From an uncultured delta proteobacterium (GTDB lineage Bacteria; Desulfobacterota; Binatia; DP-6), in NCBI GenBank assembly GCA_963815115.1, contig CAWFFN010000005.1, forward strand, positions 992,001-1,056,000: a DNA stretch of 64,000 bases. Direction: 5' to 3'. The notes beneath the pieces are model-generated. The model saw only the letters and a program-made list of their open reading frames with translations. It was not told the DNA's origin and ran no database searches. This document shows, one piece after another, positions 54,997 to 64,000 of this stretch (the stretch's first letter is position 1; every line of letters starts with the position of its first letter). Position numbers and translations under genes: made by a program.

Positions 54997-56430
54997 TCAG
55001 CGCCCGACGGCCCGGTACCCCATGCGCTCGAAGAAGCCCTCGTGGAAGCCGCGCTCGAGGTCCGTCATCAGGCGCGTGCCGGCGACCAGGCCCGAGGGCT
55101 CGGCGGGACATCCCGGCGACGTGTCGACGGTCGCCTCGGGGAACTCGACTTCGGGGTCGGGCCGCCTGGGCCGCAGACTCCAGCCGATGTTGTTGGCGTA
55201 GCGGTCGCGGCTCGTGAGCCACCAGTTGCGGTGCGTGCGGCCGGCGCCGTGCGCGGGGGCGCCGAGGAAGCGCCACTCGATGAAGCGCAGGATCGAGGTG
55301 TGATCGTAGAGCTGGTGGTCGACGAAGCCCGGACGCGCGTACGGTGAGATCATGCGCGTCGGCACGCGGAAGCCGGCCTGCCCGAAGTTGTCCTCGTCGA
55401 CGTCGCTGGCGCGATCGTCGCGCATCGTGGGCGGAGGGACGTGCTCGAAGAATCCGCCCCACTCGTCGTAGGTGAGGAACATCACACCGCGGTGCCAGTG
55501 CGGCGACTCGACGAAGGCCTTCACCACCTCGGAGACGAAGCGCTGCCCGGCGCGCACGTCGCCGAGAGGATGCTCGTCGGTCTCGCCGTCGCCGAGGAAG
55601 CCGGGATCGACGAAGGTGACGTTCGGCAGCGTGCCGGCGGCGGCGTCCTCGAAGTAGCTCGCCACCGGAGCGGTGACCCCGACGAGGTGACTGCCCCAGA
55701 AGGCCGTCACCGGGAGGTCGCTGTAGTAGTAGCGGGCGGGCACCATGGCGGCCGTGAGCTTGTCCCAGATCGTCGGCCAGTCGAAACCCGTGGGATAGCC
55801 GGCCTCCGGCGGGAACAGGTTGCTCTTCAAGCCAGCCGACTGCGCGGAGTGCATGTACTCGCGGTTCGGATACGTCGGCCCGAGGACCGAGCAGTGATAG
55901 CGGTCGAAGATCGTGAACCGCCGGGCGAGGGCGGCGTAGAAAGGCAGGTCGTCGGCGGTGTAGTAGCCGAGGGCGAACGCGTCGTTGCCGCTTCCCTCGG
56001 CGAGGAAGCCGCCGTCGCGCTGCGCGCGGCCGGCGTCCCAGCCGTGGCCGGGGTCGCCGAAGGGACAGCCCCGGAACGGGTTCGTCTCCGGGCCGGTCGT
56101 CAGGTGATGGGTGTCGACCTGGGTGCCGTCGGACATGGCGTAGCGCTGCACCGGGTTTGCGTCCACGGTGAAACGACGACCGTACGCGCTCCGTCCGGCT
56201 TCCAGATACGCCTCGTCGGATCCGAGCCAGCCGAGGTAGTGGTCGAAGGAGCGGTTCTCCATCATCACCACGACGACGTGATCGATCGGCGCGTGCGCCG
56301 CCGGCATGTCGAGGATGCTGCCGCCCTTCAGGTGCGGCCGAGCCCTGCCGAGGACGACCGACGCGCTCCCGGGCCACATGCTCGCGGCAGCGCCGACCAT
56401 GGCGCCGCGTAGGAACTCACGACGGTTCAC
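54997..56430 (-). CDS. Tat-exported phospholipase C/phosphoesterase
   Basis: NRREFL twin-arginine motif, IDHVVVVMMENRSFDHYLG, GPTYPNR, DEH, TYDEWGGFFEHV, GFRVP, YDHTS. Confidence 0.9.
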   Translation of the reverse strand: MNRREFLRGAMVGAAASMWPGSASVVLGRARPHLKGGSILDMPAAHAPIDHVVVVMMENRSFDHYLGWLGSDEAYLEAGRSAYGRRFTVDANPVQRYAMSDGTQVDTHHLTTGPETNPFRGCPFGDPGHGWDAGRAQRDGGFLAEGSGNDAFALGYYTADDLPFYAALARRFTIFDRYHCSVLGPTYPNREYMHSAQSAGLKSNLFPPEAGYPTGFDWPTIWDKLTAAMVPARYYYSDLPVTAFWGSHLVGVTAPVASYFEDAAAGTLPNVTFVDPGFLGDGETDEHPLGDVRAGQRFVSEVVKAFVESPHWHRGVMFLTYDEWGGFFEHVPPPTMRDDRASDVDEDNFGQAGFRVPTRMISPYARPGFVDHQLYDHTSILRFIEWRFLGAPAHGAGRTHRNWWLTSRDRYANNIGWSLRPRRPDPEVEFPEATVDTSPGCPAEPSGLVAGTRLMTDLERGFHEGFFERMGYRAVGR

Positions 56431-56959
56431 GAGATATCCCCCTCCACCCGCCACACGGGGAACTCGCGGCGGGTCCCGACAGTCGCCCATTCCGTCCCCG
56501 CGGCGCAAGAGGGAGAACGGACACCGACCGAGCATCAAGAGGATGACATGGGCCGGTCACACGCGGGGGCCAAGCGGGTAGCCTACTCGCTCCGGAGTCA
56601 ATTCTTCGCCACATGCTGGCGATCACCTGATCGGGAGTCCCACGCGGGTCTGCGCGAGGTCCGATCTGGCGCGGCCGCGCGCGGCGGACTTGCTCACGCG
56701 CCGTAAACGGGGTGGCGCGGCCGGACGCCAACTCACGGCGCGACCCGAGCCCGGGACCGCCGTGAGCCGGCGGCGCTCCCGCCTCGGAGCGCGGCTTCGC
56801 ACGTCTTCGCCTTCTTGCCGGAGACGCAGTTCGGCGGTCTTCGCCGTCATGGTCGGCTCGTCGTTCTTCCAGTCGGCCTTGGCGCATGCCTTCCGACCGG
56901 ACTTCTTCACGACCACGACGCGCGCACAGAATTCGGCCTGCGAGCAGCCGGTGACCACG

Positions 56960-57169
56960 CTGTACAATCAGGCGCAGCTGGAGACGCCCTGGGACATCAC
57001 CAACGTCAACGGCGGCGCGGTGCCGCTGGGCCATCCCTACGGGATGTCGGGCATCCGGTATCTCGGCTCCACGCTCCTGGAGCTCGGGCGCCGAGGCGGT
57101 CGGCGCGCGATCGTCGGGGTCTGCACGGCGGGCGGCATGGCCACGGCGGCATACCTCGAGCGGCCTTGA
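56960..57169 (+). pseudogene. C-terminal fragment of a thiolase
   Basis: NVNGGAVPLGHPYGMSG...VCTAGGM; upstream sequence is not thiolase-like. Confidence 0.75.
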
Positions 57170-57282
57170 TCGTCGCGGGGTCGATGCCGTCGGGCGGGAA
57201 CGTCCGCGATTGACTCGGCCTCGAGGAACGCAACACTCGGACGTCGTCTCGTCGAGACGCAGCAGCGCGGATCGGAGGACAC

Positions 57283-58014
57283 ATGGGAAAGCTCGAGGGC
57301 AAGGTCGCGGTCATCACGGCCGCCACGTCCGGCATGGCGCTCGCGACGGCAAAGCTGTTCGCCGAAGAGGGCGCGTACGTTTTCATCACGGGCCGGCGCC
57401 AGAAGCAGCTCGACGACGCGGTGAGAGCGATCGGCCGGAACGTCACCGGCGTCCAGGGCGATGCCGGGAATCTCGCCGACCTGGACCGCCTCTACGACGT
57501 CGTGAAGCGCGAGAAGGGCCGCATCGACGTCCTCTTCGCCAGCGCCGGCGTCGGCGAGTTCGCGCCGATCGGTGAGGTGACGGAGGAGCACTTCGACAAG
57601 ACCTTCGACCTGAACGTGCGCGGAACGCTCTTCACGGTCCAGAAGGCGCTGCCGCTGGTCGTGGACGGCGGGTCCATCATCATGAACGGCTCGATCGCGA
57701 GCGTGAAGGGGTTCCCCGCCTTTGGCGTCTACAATGCCAGCAAAGCCGCCGTCCGATCGTTCGCGCGGACGTGGACCGTCGACCTGAAGGCACGCAAGAT
57801 CCGGGTGAACGTGCTCAGCCCCGGCACGATCGACACCGGGATCTTCGACGGCCTCCCCAAGGAGGCGAAGGCCGCGTTCGTCGCCATGATCCCACGCGGC
57901 ACGATCGGTCGGCCCGAGGAGATCGCGACCGCCGCGCTCTTCCTGGCCTCCAGCGACTCGAGCTTCGTCACCGGCATCGAGCTCTTCGTGGACGGCGGTG
58001 TCGGCCAGATTTGA
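57283..58014 (+). CDS. SDR family oxidoreductase
   Basis: GGAGG RBS, TAATSGMA, YNASK, RVNVLSPG, VDGG. Confidence 0.9.
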   Translation: MGKLEGKVAVITAATSGMALATAKLFAEEGAYVFITGRRQKQLDDAVRAIGRNVTGVQGDAGNLADLDRLYDVVKREKGRIDVLFASAGVGEFAPIGEVTEEHFDKTFDLNVRGTLFTVQKALPLVVDGGSIIMNGSIASVKGFPAFGVYNASKAAVRSFARTWTVDLKARKIRVNVLSPGTIDTGIFDGLPKEAKAAFVAMIPRGTIGRPEEIATAALFLASSDSSFVTGIELFVDGGVGQI

Positions 58015-58063
58015 CGATGGTGGAGATCGCTGATCCGGCCGCTCGCCACCCCGGGGCGCGCCG

Positions 58064-58900
58064 TCAGCGCGGGTTGATGCTCGCCGCCTCGGGTCCGAAG
58101 AACGACTCGACCATCGTCTCGATGCGCGGGCCGCGCCGCAGCGTGTGGCCCCCGTCGATCGCGACGCACTGCCCGGTCACCCACGACGACTCGGGCCCGG
58201 CGAGCCAGCGGACCGCTTCGGCGACGTCGTCGGTGGTGCCGAGCCGCGCCAGCGGCATCTGATCGAGGTAGTCCGCGACCACCACGTCGTCGGTCGCGAG
58301 CGGCGCCGCCAGGTCGGTCGGCACGAGGCCGGGGCGCACCGCGTTGACCCGGATGCCGAGGGCGCCCAGCTCGTCGGCGGCGCAGCGCACGAGCATCTCC
58401 ACGGCCGCCTTGCTCGCGCAGTATCCAGACATGAAGCGGTGCGTGAGCGTACCGGCGATCGACGAGATGGCGACGATCGCGCCGCCGGCGCCGGCCATCG
58501 CGCGACCGGCGTGCTGGACGGTGAGAAACGTGCCGGTGAGGTTGAGCTCTACCGTGTAGCGCCACTCACTGAGCGACATCCGGAGGACCGCCCCGATGGC
58601 GCCGCCGCCGGCGTTTGCGACCGCAATGTCGAGGCGGCCCGACGATGCCGCCGCCTCCACGGCCGCCGCGACCGCCGCCTCGTCGGTGACGTCGCAGATG
58701 GCCACGCGCACCGCGGCGCCCGGGCGGACGTCCGCCTCGAGGGCCGCCGCGGCCTGACGGAGCCTGTCCTCCGACCGGCCGGCGATGGTCACGGTCGCCC
58801 CGTCACGCAGGAGCCGTCGCGCGCAGGCGAGACCGATGCCGCTCCCACCGCCGGTGACGAGAGCGAACTTTCCTTCGAGGGCGAGCGTCGCATTCGGCAT
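58064..58900 (-). CDS. SDR family oxidoreductase
   Basis: TGGGSGIG, ANAG, YCASK, RVNAVRPG, IDGG. Confidence 0.9.
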   Translation of the reverse strand: MPNATLALEGKFALVTGGGSGIGLACARRLLRDGATVTIAGRSEDRLRQAAAALEADVRPGAAVRVAICDVTDEAAVAAAVEAAASSGRLDIAVANAGGGAIGAVLRMSLSEWRYTVELNLTGTFLTVQHAGRAMAGAGGAIVAISSIAGTLTHRFMSGYCASKAAVEMLVRCAADELGALGIRVNAVRPGLVPTDLAAPLATDDVVVADYLDQMPLARLGTTDDVAEAVRWLAGPESSWVTGQCVAIDGGHTLRRGPRIETMVESFFGPEAASINPR

Positions 58901-58951
58901 ACGACGCACCTAGCACTCGGCGGCGGGTGTTCCTATGGAGACCGTGCCCCG

Positions 58952-60976
58952 TCAGGGTCCCTTCGCCTTGAACCTCGTCGGCGTATTCAACTGGGACGCG
59001 CCGAACGTCGTTTGCCAGCAGTGGGTGGTCATGCCGTTGGAGATGGTGAGCTGCATGGTCGCCGGAAGCGTGAGGCCGAGCGGGGGGAGCGCCAGGTTCA
59101 CTCCTTTCCCCTTCACCTGTAGCTTGGCCTTGCCCGCGGTCCCCGCCTGAAGCTTCATGTCGGTGATGCCGTCGGGTGTGGCCGCTTTGTTCCTGTACCT
59201 GTAGCCCTTCGGGTTGAACGTGCCCCCCACGGTCTTCCAGCAAGGCTTCGAGCCGCAGGTCCCACCAGGCGATACGGTTGAGTTTCGGAGCGGCTGCGGA
59301 TTCGCCGAGGCATCGTAGAGGCAAACCCGATAGGAGGGGGAGCCGTTCACCGGGTCCGCGAAGTCACCGATGGCCGTCAGGGCACCCTTGCCCCACTTCC
59401 ACTTGAGCCGGTCCCGATCGTGGTTCGTCATATCCCTGTCGATCTGGAGCGACGACTTGAGCGGCAGGCCGAGACGACATCCAGCCGCCGGCGTCGCACC
59501 GCAGAGCGGTCCAAATGTGGTGGTCGTCGTCGTGCTGGTCGTGGTGGTCGTGGTCGACGTCGTGGTGGGCGACGTTGTCGAGGTCGTGGTCGTGGTGGCG
59601 GAGGTCGAGGTCGTGGTGGTCGTCGGTGTCGTCGAAGTCGTCGTGGTGGTGGTCGTCGGTGATGTGGTGGTGGTGGTCGAGGAGACGGTGGTCGTTGTCG
59701 TGGTCGAGGTCGTCGTGGTGGTCGAGGTCGTCGTGGTCGTGCTGGTCGTCGTCGTCGTGGTGGTCACCGTCGTGGTGGCGCTTGTCTGCGACGCGCTGCC
59801 CGCATCGTTGGTGGCCGTGACACGGCAGGTATACGAGCCCGGCTCCATGGGTGTGAAGGTCTGGCCGGTCGCATCGACGATGTCGACTCCGTCCTTCTGC
59901 CATTGATATGCGTAGGTGCGCGGCGCGCGAGACAGGAATGCCCCCAGCAGGTCGGGCGCCCAGCCCCCCTGGGTGCAGTTGAGCACTGCAGTGCCCGAGA
60001 TGGTCGGGGGCGAAGTTCCCATAGGCGCACGCAGCAACGCCGCGAAGAGCGGAAAGCCTTGGCCGGAGAACAAGTCCTGGGCCATGCCGCCGCCGAGGGG
60101 CCCGACGCGGATCGTCCCGGAACCGCCGTTGTCCCAGTAGATCTTCTGCGCGTCAGGATCGAAGGCCACGCCGCCCGGGGAGCTCTGACCCGTGAAGAGG
60201 TCTGTTGCGGTGCCGGAGACGTCTCCCAGCTCGGCGACCCGGATCGTGCCGGAATCCAGGTTGGCCCAGTAGATCTTGCCGGGAACGGAATCGGGATCAA
60301 CCGCCACCCCGATGGGTTTCGACTGGCTGCCGATCAGCGTCTGGGCGCCCGAGCCGTCCAGGTTCGCGCGGCGGACCGTTCCCTTGGTCGTGTTGGGAAA
60401 CTGATTGGTCCAGTAGATCTTGCCCTCGGTGAGGCTGAGGGCCACCCCGCTCGGGCCGTCCTCGCCGGAGACCAGGGGGGTCGGATTCTCGAGGTCCATC
60501 AGATCCGCAGTCCAGATCTTGCCGCAACCGCAGGATCCCATGTTGCCCACGGGAGGGCACGACGAATCCGGGATGGCGCAGAACTCCGCCCAGTAGATCC
60601 TGCCTGCCGCAGGGTCGATCGCCACCCCGCACGGGCTCTGCTGGCCCTGGATCAGGTTTTGGGGGTCGCTACCGTCCAGGTTGGCGCTCCTGATCTGACC
60701 GCCGTTGAAGTTGGCCCAGTAGATCTTGCCGGCGGCGGCGTCGATGGCCACGCCGCACGGAGCGCTCTCTCCGCCAAGCCCCGGCACCGTGGAAGCCGGG
60801 GGCGTACCGTCCAGGTCGCCGACCCGGATGGCGCCATCCCCCTCGGCACTCCAGTAGATCCGGTCCGCGGCGCTCGCGGGGATGGCGCTCGCGTTCAGGC
60901 CGAGCCCGACGAGCAGCGACGCGAGCAGCGCCATCAGACCACCGGTCCGCGGATGACGATTCTGGTGTTGTTCCAT
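58952..60976 (-). CDS. Secreted protein: six-bladed YWTD-type beta-propeller, Ig-like domain, Thr linker, basic C-terminal domain
   Basis: Signal peptide; six (K/R)IYW repeats with GVA(I/V)D; YAYQWQKDG..YTCRVTATN Ig-like domain. Confidence 0.85.
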   Translation of the reverse strand: MEQHQNRHPRTGGLMALLASLLVGLGLNASAIPASAADRIYWSAEGDGAIRVGDLDGTPPASTVPGLGGESAPCGVAIDAAAGKIYWANFNGGQIRSANLDGSDPQNLIQGQQSPCGVAIDPAAGRIYWAEFCAIPDSSCPPVGNMGSCGCGKIWTADLMDLENPTPLVSGEDGPSGVALSLTEGKIYWTNQFPNTTKGTVRRANLDGSGAQTLIGSQSKPIGVAVDPDSVPGKIYWANLDSGTIRVAELGDVSGTATDLFTGQSSPGGVAFDPDAQKIYWDNGGSGTIRVGPLGGGMAQDLFSGQGFPLFAALLRAPMGTSPPTISGTAVLNCTQGGWAPDLLGAFLSRAPRTYAYQWQKDGVDIVDATGQTFTPMEPGSYTCRVTATNDAGSASQTSATTTVTTTTTTTSTTTTTSTTTTTSTTTTTTVSSTTTTTSPTTTTTTTSTTPTTTTTSTSATTTTTSTTSPTTTSTTTTTTSTTTTTTFGPLCGATPAAGCRLGLPLKSSLQIDRDMTNHDRDRLKWKWGKGALTAIGDFADPVNGSPSYRVCLYDASANPQPLRNSTVSPGGTCGSKPCWKTVGGTFNPKGYRYRNKAATPDGITDMKLQAGTAGKAKLQVKGKGVNLALPPLGLTLPATMQLTISNGMTTHCWQTTFGASQLNTPTRFKAKGP
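59516..59778 (-). repeat. Low-complexity Thr/Ser-coding tract (ACC/ACG runs)
   Basis: About 85-residue poly-Thr linker in the translation. Confidence 0.9.
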
Positions 60977-61137
60977 GGTGATCCCCCTGTCGGTCGACTG
61001 TGATGGCCGCCGGTCCGGGAGCCCAGGCAGATGGGCCAAGGGTGGTCTAGAGACCGGGATCGCGATCGAAGGCTACACGAGCACGCGCCCCCTGGTGCGC
61101 TTCCCGTATGACTCGAAGCTTGAAGAACTAGACAGCC

Positions 61138-61167
61138 AACCTAGCGCCTGAGCGAGGTCGTTGTCAA
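61138..61167 (-). promoter_or_regulatory. Candidate sigma70 promoter for the YWTD protein gene
   Basis: Minus-strand TTGACA-N18-TAGGTT, with an A-tract upstream. Confidence 0.55.
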
Positions 61168-61625
61168 GGCAAAAAAGATGTGATGTTAACCATTGCATCA
61201 GAGAGAGAAACGGCCCGGCATCGTTGCCGGGCGCGAAGCGCCGCACGGGCTGCCGCGGGTCTGGCGCTGTTCCTCTAGACGGTACGGGCCGTCATTCATG
61301 CGACCGTGACGGTGAGATCGGCCCGATCAGGGATCGCCCTACGTCGGGCGACGAGCAGGGTATCCTACCAAAGGTGGACGAGAATGTCGGACTCTCTCCT
61401 TCTGCGGGGACCGCCTCACGCGCCGCCTGGCGGCTCCCGGGGTGGTCGCATGCCTGGGGGAACGGAATGGCTCCCGACCAGCTCGGGGTGAGCGTGCCCG
61501 GCAGCACGCGGTGGCTCCTCCAGCGGTGCGCCCGCCGGAGGCCGCGGTGCCATCCTGCGATGCTGGCGCGGGCAGTGGCTTCCTGATCGCGGCTGACGGT
61601 ACTGTCTCGCCCGGCGGGTAGCCAC

Positions 61626-64000
<2,375 letters not shown>

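Noticed and set aside
59370-59906. Poly-Val, poly-His/Asp and Trp/Ser-rich ORFs
   Set aside because: Alternative frames and the antisense strand of the poly-Thr linker.

Overview
High-GC (roughly 70% by eye) bacterial chromosome segment. Gene style and the Cys-rich secreted proteins suggest a deltaproteobacteria-like diderm such as Candidatus Binatia or Myxococcota; this is inference. Bases 1-47.3 kb are mostly intact core and envelope genes: xerC-hslV-hslU; a LolA-like/FAD oxidoreductase/methyltransferase/YfhO envelope cluster; tandem dodecins with WS/DGAT; a hybrid kinase; a sulfatase; a GST; a topoisomerase IV-FabF-MFS run; gloA; a GH1; TetR-AurF; a B12 radical SAM; SahR-like-metH; and comM. 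About 47.3-57.2 kb is an accessory patch with foreign-looking genes and several gene relics (porin, IS3, mddA, thiolase). The window ends in two SDRs, a YWTD-propeller surface protein and a membrane-bound sigma54 activator. Best leads: (1) a secreted thioester-domain (TED) 'harpoon' protein on a 12-repeat Cys-rich stalk in an apparent diderm; (2) a basic beta-rich C-terminal domain apparently shared by two unrelated secreted proteins, a candidate surface-sorting system; (3) two dodecins lacking the flavin-stacking Trp, in an operon with WS/DGAT; (4) a Topo IV with natural Ser80Leu, coupled to a divergent FabF and an efflux pump. No rRNA, tRNA or CRISPR array was recognised. All family calls come from motif recognition by eye, not from database searches.
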